Part shown: in pieces, positions 50,830 through 62,349 of the stretch
Layout: each line of letters starts with the position of its first letter
Numbering within the stretch: the first letter of the stretch is position 1
Assembly: GCF_001194135.2 (NCBI RefSeq)
Contig: NC_068982.1
Location: forward strand, 36,988,687 to 37,052,686
Origin: Octopus bimaculoides
Taxonomy: Eukaryota
DNA: 64,000 bases
Direction: 5' to 3'
The notes under the pieces: generated by a model
Seen by the model: the letters and a program-made list of their open reading frames with translations, nothing else
Told to the model about the DNA's origin: nothing
Databases searched by the model: none
Made by a program: the position numbers and the translations under genes

Positions 50830-51740
50830 TCCATGAGTATAAGCTATATGAAACCTATGATGTTGTGAAATATAGTGTTTTGTATTCTTTGTAATTTATT
50901 GGAGAGTTTTGTGAAGAGGTCACAACCTGGCTTAATCAATGATGGATTGAATGTTTGTACATTGTTTGCTAGATTTTGTCCCTGTGAGCACTGTATTAGT
51001 GCATTCATTCATTCATTTGTGTCTTTAATGTTGTCTAGATGTACTCTGAGTGGTATCTAGCTGTATATATATGTATGACTCGTAGGTCTATTATTTTGTA
51101 GCCATGTTTCGTTCTGATATATGTATGTATGAAGTATCTCACGGATGGTGGGAAAATGTCATCTGCATATGAAACTGTGAACATTTATGGTGGCATGGAG
51201 GTCAGTGTAGATATTGGTTAAAACAAGGTGTACGGAAAGCTCCTTGTAATACTCCTTAAAGACATTGCAAATCCTGGATGTTTTATATGTATACTATATA
51301 AACTTATCACTTGAAAGATTGCTTGTTAATGTTTTGTATTACTTCTTAAAGAGATGTTTAGCATTTTGTAGAAAAGTGAGCATTGGGGAATAGCTGAAAA
51401 GCTTTGCTGATGTTAATGGTAGTTAGGATAATACTTTCTTTCCTTTTTTTTTTATTTTTATTATCTGTTGTGAATTTTTTTGTGTGGTAATTTTGTGAGT
51501 AGTGTGCTGAATCTGTGTGTTAGAGAAATGTGTGGATTGGTCAGTGAGAGATTTGTCATCATGGAATTTTTGAAGTCAAACATTAGAGGTTGAAGTTATG
51601 TGTGATGGTGATTTAGTTGCAGAGCTGAGATTTCAAAATAGGAATGATTTTTGCCATTTCCAATGTCTGGTGATTAGGTAGTGTTGATATGAGTAGTTAA
51701 CATTAGTTGCTGCTCATGTAAAGTCGGTCTTCAAAAATAT
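50830..51740 (-). mobile_element. Degenerate I/Jockey-group LINE reverse transcriptase
   Basis: Minus strand: LTISKAF, GVLQGA, intact TCATATGCAGATGACATT = SYADDI (YADD at 51158-51169), then a MYK.SI..Y-like segment. Many stops and frameshifts; clade assignment approximate. Confidence 0.7.
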
Positions 51741-52426
51741 TTTACTCTGTTTTGCACCAAACTTATATTACATAAATGCAAATTTACGTTAATCATTCAA
51801 ATAACATTTAAATTACTTACCCTTCTCTATTCATTAAAAATATTATCAACTCTGAAAGCAACAGTTTATTTTTTTTAATGTTTTTATATTCTTGCTTTTC
51901 TGTAAATATATTTCAATCTGTAAGTGATGACAGCAACTTACCAAATGGTGAACAAGTCTTAGACAAGTGCAATTTAGGCCAATGATCTGTGTTTCAGAAA
52001 ATGTTAATATCATTCTGTGTTAAAAACTAAGAATATCGTTTACTATCAGAAACTGGCAATGAAATGTATATTCAAATTTTATTTATTTTTAGAATTATGA
52101 AATGATGTTAGCAAAATTGATTTTAATTATGAAAGAATGTGAGCCAAACATTTGATATTTTCTGAAAACATGTACCTAGAAGGAAAAGCATTCTTTTCAA
52201 CTAACCATACTGCTGGGGTTTTGAATTGTTGTTTTGTTTTGTTTTTGTTTTTTTGCATTGGAATCTTATTTTTTCTATTTTTTTCTTTGTGTGTGTGTGT
52301 GTGTGTGTGTATGTATGATGTACTCAAAATATTCCAATGAACAAAAAAGAAAAACAATTTATGTGTATCTGTGTGTGTGTATAAGTAAATCAATGATTTT
52401 AATTAAATATGTTCAATTATTTTTAG

Positions 52427-52666
52427 GAGAAACAGAGTTTTCTTCAACAACATGATGGCATTGGAGATATTTCCAAAGTTCCTGCTGTAAACTCAGATAC
52501 TTTCACCAGGGATCCTTTATGTGCTGCTGCAGTCACAAGTCAAGAAGAATTTGAAGATCAATGTGAACGTGCAAGGCAGCTGTTGGATGTTTTTGACAGT
52601 AATGTAATCAATCAAGGCCACTTAAGGATTAAAGATTTTGATGAAAGAATTGACAAGAAAATAAGG
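52427..52666 (+). CDS. DMD: Dystrophin internal coding exon C (linker plus start of the next spectrin repeat; similar to human exon 38)
   Basis: Acceptor aattatttttAG; donor AGG|GTATGC. 240 nt, phase 0/0, open: EKQSFLQQHDGIGDISKVPAVNSDTFTRDPLCAAAVTSQEEFEDQCERARQLLDVFDSNVINQGHLRIKDFDERIDKKIR. The C-terminal half resembles recalled human R15 start (ELEQFNSDIQKLLEPLEAEIQQGVNLKEEDFNK). Confidence 0.82.
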
Positions 52667-54179
52667 GTATGCATTCTTTTTATTTACATCAGTCCACTTA
52701 ATTTTTGATGAACTTTAATTTCAGTTTTACTTTGTGTCAGTTCAGTATATTAAATTTTTCAATATACTTCAAGTTTATAGATAAAAATTATCAAAAGAAA
52801 ACTAATTGAAATCTATTTTCAATTTAGATTAAGCACCAGTTAGTTGTCAAATATTTCTATATACATTTTCATGATGTTTACAGCAAGAAGATCAGAGATA
52901 ACTGTAGAAAAATATTGGAGGGTGAAGTTATTTGTAGGTTCGCTAATCTGTAACAAAGAAAATTATCATCACTATTTAATTTTTTTTCTAAAGGATCCTA
53001 AACTTTCTACCTTCTATATTACTCTCTCTCTCTCTCTCTCTCTCACTCACTCACTCACTTTATTGATAGTATTTTTTTCCTTCAACTATCTTTCCTGATT
53101 AAAATGTTCTTTCAACTTTTTTATTTTTTATTGAATATTGATAACTTCTAAAAATGTGTTTTGGTTTGATTTTTAGTAGATAACTGTACTTGGAATATTT
53201 ATTTACTTACACTATTGAATTGGTTTTCATCGATCTATCAGCCACAACTTTTCAACATAAAGATCAGATTTATTTCTGTTTATGAAATATCTAGTTCGTC
53301 ATGTTATTTTATTTTATCATGNNNNNNNNNNTTAAAGAAGAAAAAATACTATTCAGTTATGCAGTTTTGTTGGCGAGTATATCCCCTTTCTTCTGACCAA
53401 TCCAAAGAAAGAAGAAATCTGTTGTTGAACAGTGTCAGTCTGTGATTTTCGTTAGTTAACAAACATTATAGAGTCATATCCTTATGTATTTACTCTTTCT
53501 GTAAAATAATCCCTGATTAGAATAGAGGATTTTTTTTTAAAAAGTTTGTTTTTGTTTTTTTTATACTTTTTCATTTTAAGACATGTATAAAATAACTTGT
53601 TTCCGAATGGCTGTTTTTATCAAACTGAGATCTATAGAAAAGTTAACTGAAAATTTCAGAATAAAATAATTTATTTGAAATCAAGAAAATGAGAAGTATT
53701 ATTTTATTGATGTTGCTTTGTAAAGAGGATCAATTGTATAATGTATAGATTTTAGAACAGTCCTTATACTATATTTGATATAACTCTATTCAAGTATGGT
53801 AAAGCATTTGTATTGTCATTGAATTTTTGTTTATTTATCTATTATATGAGTCACTGTAACAGTTACCTTAATATACATTTCAATATTGACAAGTACTGCA
53901 GAATGGTGATAAGTTCCTTGAAAACTGTGCTTATGATGTAATTTCAATTCCTTCTTGAGCCATTTCATTTAACTCACTTCTGTTTTTCATTGATTTATAT
54001 TCATCAGTTTTAATGTCTTTTTCACATTTCTTAGGATGTAGTACAAGTAAAAGGTTATGAAAGCAGTACTAAGTTTTTCTGGTGAATATCTATACAAATT
54101 GCATTAAAAGGTTAATAGCTGTGATTCTCTTCAATTATTGATAGTGACATTTTTCTCTTTCATGCCTATTCATTAATGT

Positions 54180-54390
54180 TGTTATTTATCTCTAGGTCAG
54201 GCTGACTAAGCAGACCTATAATTAAAGTAATTCCAGCTATGGCCATTATGGGGTGGGGGAGGGTCTCCAGGTATAGTGTAACATATTAAAAACATAATAT
54301 TCAATGTCTTTTTAATGTTACGGTGTGATTTGAAAGACCTTCGGCTGCAATTTCTAACAAATTGAGAAATCATGTAGAGACTATTTATTC
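54180..54390 (-). mobile_element. SINE-like family C
   Basis: TAGGTCAGGCTGACTAAGCAGACCTATAATTAAAG...GGTGTGATTTGAAAGACCTTCGGCTGCAATTTCTAAC...CATGTAGAG. Confidence 0.6.
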
Positions 54391-55087
54391 TCTAACATAT
54401 ACTACTACTGCATTTGGTTAATGAATTATAAATATATCCTTCTTTCATGTGTATCTTGTCATTGTTGTTTTGGGTTAATTTTTTTCTGCTCTTTACCTGT
54501 GAATACACAAATATAAAAAACATCTGCAGTCTAGTATATTCTTTCCAATGATAGGGCTTATATGTTTAATGTTTGAAAAACTTGAATTTTTTTTTTATCC
54601 ACTTGTGAAGTGAATCTATCTTCAACATTAATATCTACAATCATTACATCAGCATTTTAATTCTCAGGCAACAAGATATGTCTATAAAGTCCCATGAATA
54701 ATTTTGAAAAGAAAACATTTTTATTCCATTGTTTACTTTTTAAAAATCTTTTAGCAGTAAACTTTTTTATTTCTAAATTTTTGGCTTTAATTTCTTTTCC
54801 AATACGTGTTCTGTAAGTGACTATATATCAACTTGTTAGGTTAGCTAGCTTTCTTTACTAATATGTCTCCTATCTGCTTGAGATTATATATTACCATCTT
54901 CCTTAGATTTTATTATCATTATAAAGGTTTCTATTCATTAAATTAATATTGATTTAGTTTGAAACAGTTTGATTTAAAAAGAAAACTTTTTGTATCCATG
55001 TCCAAATTAACAGAAGTTGGTATTTGTATTTCTTTGCAGTAACTCCTGTTGATTTTCAAAGCATTGAAAGTGGTATAACTGTGAAAG

Positions 55088-55089
<2 letters not shown>

Positions 55090-55129
<40 letters not shown>
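55090..55129. repeat. (TA)n microsatellite
   Basis: Direct reading. Confidence 0.95.
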
Positions 55130-55133
<4 letters not shown>

Positions 55134-55371
55134 ATATGTGAAATGTTTATCTTAAAATTGTCATAGTCTACTTACTAAAAGGAAAAGTTCAAAGTTGGCA
55201 TAAATGCCAGAATTATTTTGCTCATAGGGAAGATCCATTCGAGAGAGGATAGATTTTTGCTGTAGGTGAAAGAGAATATGAAGTGAAGTAGTTAAGTTTC
55301 ATTTCTTTTATAAAAAGTAGAAAATAATCAAGATACATGAAGATAATTAGCTGAGTACTATATATATATAT

Positions 55372-55482
55372 ATCAGACTGGAGCCTGGTGTTGCCATCCG
55401 GTTTCACCAGTCCTCAGTCAAATCGTCCAACCCATGCTAGCATGGAAAGCGGACGTTAAACGATGATGATGATGATGATGAT
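55372..55482 (+). mobile_element. RTE 3'-tail fragment inserted in a (TA)n tract
   Basis: Nearly identical to 19590-19678; flanked on both sides by (TA)n. Confidence 0.85.
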
Positions 55483-56433
55483 ATATATATATATATATAT
55501 ATATAAAAATTGTGAAGAAGTTTCTCCCCTGCTGCTTTTCTTAAAATTTCTCCTATTTGAAAGATTAAGGATTATAAAAGTTATTAGCAACAAAACTTTT
55601 CTCATTTGGATTTTTCATCTTTGAAAATTTTATGAATATGCTTTTATTTTTATTTTCTTTTATATTTAGAAGTTTCACTGTCAACCAATTATTTTGGCTT
55701 GGTTTTTTATTGCATCATGTGAGGTTCTCATTTCAATATACGTAAGATTTTGATGTTGAAATTACGAGCTAGAATTATTCATGTATATCATTTTTGGAAT
55801 TTAAGAAATTAGGAATTCCTTAAAGGTGTAGACTGTGAATTCAATCCCAGCAATGCACTGTGCATGATTAATGTGTACATTCAAGATTAACACCAAAGAA
55901 TGTTCAGAAGGAATACATATGTAGATCATAGCATATATATTGCCTATTGAGCCAAACCAACATAATTCAGTGAAGACTGCTCTTTATATAGATAACTGTA
56001 TTGAGGGGGTGGCAGATAAAAGAAATTCATGATTAGGAAAATTCATTTTAAATGGATATGAGGAGAGTCTACATTTATTCGTCTAATATAGTTTCTAATG
56101 AATGGAAGGTTGATATAAACGACAATATTGAGTTCATCAATATTATTTCAAATTACTTCATTCACATAGATTATTTCAGGGGATTTCATTTATTCTTTTT
56201 CTAGATTCAGTTATTGGATTGTGGCCATGCTGGGGCACTGTCTTCAAGGGTTTCTTTGATCATATTTACCCCACTATTTATTTCAGTCTGGTAGCAATTT
56301 TATTGATCTTTATTTATGAAGTTACTACATTATGGGGACTTACAGGAACACAACATAAACAACAATGGTTGTTTTTTTTTTGACTAGTGTAAATATGAAC
56401 ATGAATGCACGCATATGTTTGTGTGTGTGTATG

Positions 56434-56468
<35 letters not shown>

Positions 56469-57458
56469 ACAGGTTTTGTCTTTTCTATCCAAAGTGTTTT
56501 TTTGCCTAGTGCTTACGTGCTATAATTTAGCTTTATCTGCTTCGAGATTCACCATTCCCAAAAATAATTATTTCATGCTAAGTTTCTAAATTTGATATTG
56601 TCAACAATATACATGTGTGTGTGTATTACATGCACTGATACATATATACACTTGTGTACATAGAAACAGACATGTACACATAGTACACAAATTTTATACT
56701 ACAATGTACAGCTTCTGCTAAACTCATATAACACACAAACGCATGCTTTGAATCTTGGTGCTATAAAAATAAACACATACATGCACACATGCTTGCATGT
56801 GTGTATTTTTATAGTAGAAAATTTCAAAGCCTGCCTTTCTGTTTGTATGTTATGTGATTTCCACAAAAACAGTATTTTGTGGCAATAAAATTTTTTTTCA
56901 ACAAATGCACTCTAAACCATTGGCAGTTTTGCCTAACATATGTTTCAATGTATTTCTGAGCCCTAGAAGCCTCAAAACTGAAGGATTGTTTTTGTTTTGT
57001 TTTGTTTCTTCATGGAAAACTAACTTCTCTCCTTTGATAAAGAACAGACAATAGAAAATATGTGCTTTCATTCACATATATACCTCTACACAAGACTTAC
57101 TTATCCATATCTATCTCTATATACATGTGTTCCTATCTTTCTCTCTGTATGCATGTGTGCTTGCATGCACACACACACATGCATATACATACATATATAT
57201 ATATATATATATATGTAATGACTGCCAGTTTGCATGCATGTTTGTATGTGTATGTGCACATATGTGTTTGTTTATATAGAGATCAATCCATTTTTTTCAT
57301 GAAACTTTTCAGATAAATAATTGTAGTTTTTTTTTTTTTAGTTTTCAAAAAAAGAGAAATCAACTCTTTGCATTTATGTGTGTACATATTTATCTTTATG
57401 GTTGGGATGTGATTGAACCAAATAACTCTATCTTTCTGTGTGAGCATTTTTATATATA

Positions 57459-58298
57459 CAGAGTGTTTGGGTTAAATTTGACAGTTTGCATAAAAAGAAA
57501 AGAATATACAATATCCCTTCCAAAATAAAAAAAGAAAAAAAAGAAAAGCATTTTTAAAAAATCAAAAATATCAACAAGATTGTAGCTGAGAGGTAAGTTT
57601 ACTCAAAGTAACTACCCTCAGCTTTCACCACAGCTGCAAGATGGCTCCAGAATCTGGCACATGCATTCTTCAGTGTGTCTCTGGGGAGATCTTTGAACAC
57701 TTCCTTGATCTTGATGACTAGCATAGGCTTAGTGTTTTAGACAGTGCAGTTGGTGTCTTTCTCAACTGCATCCAACACATGGCATTACAATTGAAAGAAT
57801 TAAGAGGCCAAGAACTGGGGCTGGTAAAGTAATAGAAATTCTCCAACAACAACTTCTGACTCTTTTTGAGGGTGAGGCAAAGAGCTGAATCCTGCTGCCA
57901 CACATATGGCTATTCAGTTGCAACCCTCTCCAGCCAAGGTTTGACCACAATCTTCAGCAGCTTCACATAGCCATCTGAATTGAGCCTAAAGCCCTATTCA
58001 TTGGTTGTTGGATGAATTCCAGCATGCAGACAGTTGGAACACCTGCTATGTCTGTTCCTGCTGTCCACATCATGTCTTAAAACCTTTACAATGTCCATAG
58101 AGCATTGAGCAATAGTTATAATGTGGGCATTTTGACACCTTGCAAGAAATTATCATGATAAGGTAAACAGTAAACTACAACTTTAATCTTTATGCTTTAA
58201 CCTTTATGCTTCTTAACACCAGTCACTGTCCACCAATGCATCAAGCTATTCTTGAAGAAGGAGACATAAAACTCATCGAATTTAGCCTGAACACCTTG
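57459..58298 (-). mobile_element. Internally deleted Tc1/mariner DD37D (maT)-type transposon with both TIRs
   Basis: TA|CAGAGTGTTTGGGTTAAATTTGA at the left end and its counterpart CAAGGTGTTCAGGCTAAATTCGA (reverse complement) |TA at the right end: 17/23 identical, all mismatches transitions. Minus-strand remnant GFRLNSDGYVKLLKIVVKPWLERVATE*PYVWQQDSALC...WPLNSFNCNAM / ...DAVEKDTN...FKDLPRDTLKNACARFWSHLAAVVKAEGSYFE* (stop 57599-57601). 37 residues follow the QQD aspartate up to the position of the third catalytic residue. Confidence 0.85.
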
Positions 58299-58569
58299 TA
58301 CTATTTAGATGTGCGGCTTTTAGATTGTATATTTCTTTATTAAAAGAATTTTTTAATTTTCTCTATTTTGTTTCCTTCACATATTTAGAATATCCAACAT
58401 ATAGCTAAGGCATACATCTCAAACACACTCACAGACATTTCTAATTACAAACACGTGTGCACAAAGACAACACACTCACACACACATGTACATACACATA
58501 TGCTCATATAGGAGGGAGAGAAGAAAAATACTGAAGTCCCTCTGTGTGTGCTTGCATATTTTGGCTTGG

Positions 58570-58773
58570 TTTCTATAGCTGGATGCCTTTCCCAACGTTA
58601 ACCACTTTACAGAATGTACTGGGTGCACTTTTTGTAGTAAAAAATGAAATGCATGAGTGAGAAGCAGTTCTTTTATCTATGTGAGCAATCCCTCTGAATA
58701 GAAGCTGACTCCAAATGTGGCAACCCATCCAGCCCGTGCCAGCATGGAAAGTTGACATAAAATGATGATGATG
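58570..58773. mobile_element. Two RTE 3'-UTR pieces in opposite orientation
   Basis: 58570-58632 is the reverse complement of the ...GTGGTT..GTT.GGAAAGGCATCCAGCTATAGAAA segment; 58722-58773 is the forward CCCGTGCCAGCATGGAAAG...ATGATGATG terminus. Confidence 0.6.
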
Positions 58774-58789
58774 TACAGTACATACATGC

Positions 58790-58791
<2 letters not shown>

Positions 58792-58842
<51 letters not shown>

Positions 58843-58867
58843 GTCTCTCACTCACACACACACATAC
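58792..58867. repeat. (CT)n/(CA)n microsatellite after an RTE tail
   Basis: Direct reading. Confidence 0.95.
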
Positions 58868-60789
58868 ACAGTTATTGTTATAGAGAGGTAGATATTGATA
58901 TATTATTGTTTTTTTTTTCTGTCTGTTCCAAATGGTGTCAATTATCATACTTTTACTTATTTTCTATAGAAAGAAGACTGTCTTTATGTATGTCTGTTTA
59001 TGGCAGGAATGTGGTTACTTGGCATACCAGAAATAGCAGTCATTTATTACTTGTTTTGCTGTCTGTCTTTGAGAATATCTTCAGTCTCTAGCTAAATAAT
59101 TTGTGTACGACTTCTACCATATTTATTATTTATTAAAAATTCTTTTCTTGCTTTTGTTTACTTCAGTGGTCTTGAAAGCTAGTCTCTGTCTATCTGCCTA
59201 TCTACCAGACTCTTTCTCTATCTTTTTCTGTCTGTCTCTCTCACTCTCTTTCCATCTATGTTTATCTGCTGCACTCTCTCTTTTTGTCTTCCATATTCAC
59301 TCTGCTCAGTGTGTATGTAATTACTATCAGTTAAATACTAAGATTAATTATAGTTGCTTTAACTGATTACCCATGGACTTTGGCCAATACCAGAAGTATT
59401 CCTTGTAATAATTATTTATTACAATATATATATGATATTGTGCTATTTGGTACAGGGGATTGCCATAAGTTTTACTTTTCGAGTATTGCTTACAATTGTA
59501 TAGTATTGGAAGTCTTGTGTTTACTTATTCTTTCTTCTGATTATTTCATCTTTTGTTTGATGATATGCTTCATCTTATGCTATTTGAATTTACTGCACTT
59601 GATACAGCTTAGAGCAAAAAGTGAGTTCTTTGGGTTAAACAACTAGCCACAATAGTATTAAGGCAATTGATTTAAACTCAATCATTCGAATTATATTATA
59701 CACAGTAGTTGTTTTGAACTATTTTCCAGAATCAATGCCTTTTTCCCAGTTTGGAGAGATCATATTGTTGAAGGTTTGATTAAGTAATCAAAACACTAAT
59801 AAAAGTTAAGCCACTGTTTAATGCAGTTCTTGTCTCTAAAACCACATAAGTAGATGTGAATAGAAGACTTGATGCATTTTTCGATTTGGTTTATAAGGAG
59901 CCTGGCTATCTTTGAAATATGACAATAGTTTCAGCAATACTCTGTGGAATGCTTTATGAAGAGAAAGCAGTAGTAAAATTCTTTCAGTCAAAAGAAAGAG
60001 ATTTATGCACTTGTTGCCATCAACCTATCTTTAACAAAGGTTAAATATTGCTTGCAAATTTATATGAATTGGTATTGCTGTATTCATTTATTCTGACATC
60101 AATCATAACATGAAGGTCTGTTGACCAAATGTTCAGGTCAGCGTTTTTATATTTGGTTAGAATAGTTTGTTTATGTTTCGTTAACTCAGTGAATTGAACA
60201 GAGCAAGTAATAGGCTGTGGAATATATTCTGTCAGCAGCTATATGTATCTTGGCAGTCCTTTTTTCTCTAACAGATGTCTCTCATTATCTCTTGCACACT
60301 CTATTCTCATGACTAGCAAGCTTTAAAATCAGCCTTGACTTTTGTAAGCTACAGCTGCAAGATTTTCTTAGAGTTAAATTTTAACAGAATGTTCTTTTCG
60401 TTTAAAAGCTGGTAGACGTATTTTATTTTCAATAAAATGATATGGCTGTTTTTATGATGTATTGCTAAAGTGAAACACTATTGTAAGATATTTCAAGTTA
60501 TCATGATTTAATAACAGAAAATAAGTGAATATTTGCCAAATTGTTATTTTCAATAAGCCACATTTGCTTACTTAAACATATCAATATTTATAGTGTATGA
60601 TGTTTTAGTTTCTTTTTTCTGCACTTTTTTCCCAGTCCTCTATTTTAAAGAGGTATGTTTGGTGACAAAAACACTGGAAAAGTCTCATTTGAATAAAAAG
60701 ATAGTTGGATTCTTAACTTATCAAGATCAATGGATCAAAAATAAAACCATCTCTGAATAATATTTTCAAATTGGCTTGTTTCCCCACCG

Positions 60790-60887
60790 TCTCTCTTTCT
60801 CTCTCTCCTCTCTCTCTCTCTCCCTCCCTCTCTCTCTCTCTCCCTCCCTCTCTCTCTTCCTCTCTCTCTCCCTCCCCCTCTCTCTCT
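60790..60887. repeat. Imperfect CT/CCT polypyrimidine tract
   Basis: Direct reading. Confidence 0.9.
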
Positions 60888-61102
60888 CAGGTCATCATTT
60901 CAAGTTTCATATTTTTCCAGTTGTTCAGCTGATTCTATGTTATGTATTGTGTACATTAAGCACTATTTTTAGCAGTTGGTAAACACAAATATTCAGCAAT
61001 CTGTGTGTGTACATAAGTTTATGTGTATGCATATATATATATGTGTGCTTTAGTATATGTTTGTGTGTGTATATATCTATATATGTATGTATACATGTGT
61101 GC

Positions 61103-61151
<49 letters not shown>

Positions 61152-61661
61152 AATAAGTGAAATCATTTTCAATCGATATTGAGAAAATATTTATATGAAC
61201 TGTTAAATTCCAATGACCATGTCAATAAATAAGATTTGTTGCATTTCCTATATCTATCTAAGGAAAATACTGGGTATTTTAATATTCTTTTCCTACCTCA
61301 CTCAGAAATTCCTATTCAGAGCTTGTTTACAGCCTGAGTGTTTGTGTAATTGTTTATTGGCATAAGTTGGGTGAAACTTCAATAAATCACATGTCCAGAA
61401 TGCTGTTATCCATCTGTATGTTGCTATTCATCAGTATGCTACTATCATTCAGAAAGCACAATCTTGAGATTGTTAAAGATGGCTATGCAAAAGTTCACTG
61501 CATCAATATTGATGAAAAGATATTTAAAATTCTATTAACATTCATAACATTGCTGTGCTACTGCTAACCTTTTCCAAATGCGAGTCTTACCGATATTGGC
61601 AAAATGTAATTTTTTCAGTGGTAGATGTAGTGACAGGGTTCTTTTTGCTGTTTACCAATTA

Positions 61662-61765
<104 letters not shown>

Positions 61766-62169
61766 TACCTTTTGTTTCTCCACATGTAGATTATTATTGT
61801 ATTTAAATGACTTAAATCACCTGTTATTCTGTAATTTCTTTTTCAGTTTCCTTGCTAATGATGTTTGTCATATATATTGAATCCTTGTCACCACAGCAGT
61901 GCTGTCGTGCCTATTTAAAATAAGTTTTAACGCCCTATAAATATTATTAGTTATTCATTGTTATCACTTGACTGCTGTATATACATTTCTGTTATACAGA
62001 ATTACACATACACATTTACTTTCTCTTTCTTTTTCCTCAGTTAACTACATATAGAAATATATTAAGCAGAGAACCTTTTTATTATGAATAGCTGAATATT
62101 GCTATTACTTAATCCATTATTCTATCAGTGTTTATCAGTGTTTTAATATCAAATTTTGTTTTTTATGGG

Positions 62170-62345
62170 TTGGATGTGTTTGCATGCCACCATTTATCTC
62201 AGACTTTCACTATCTCATTGAAACGCCCAACATCCTGAGATCTGTCTTCACTTGCGTCCGCCCCACTGCTCTTCCTCAACTGACATGTAGCACATTTTCA
62301 TCCTGTACTTGTTGCTCATTTGCATCACCAGGTCTCTACCAACAG
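62170..62345 (-). mobile_element. Old RTE C-terminal remnant
   Basis: Minus frame ...GRAVGRTQVKTDLRMLGVS... resembles the RTE terminal VK.DL.MLG motif. Confidence 0.5.
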
Positions 62346-62349
62346 TTGT

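Noticed and set aside
59700-60060. Possible CR1-like RT remnant on the minus strand (YLCGFRDK...)
   Set aside because: Only one weak motif; not enough to annotate. A similar faint RTE-like trace at ~33350-33750 was also left uncalled.
8670-60895. Candidate recursive-splice AG|GT sites (e.g. TTTTAG|GTATGG ~8674, CAACAG|GTATCA ~22969, CTCAG|GTCAGC ~35808, CTCAG|GTCATC ~60888)
   Set aside because: None combines a strong pyrimidine tract with a GTAAG/GTGAG donor; this many weak matches is expected by chance without saw-tooth RNA-seq evidence.
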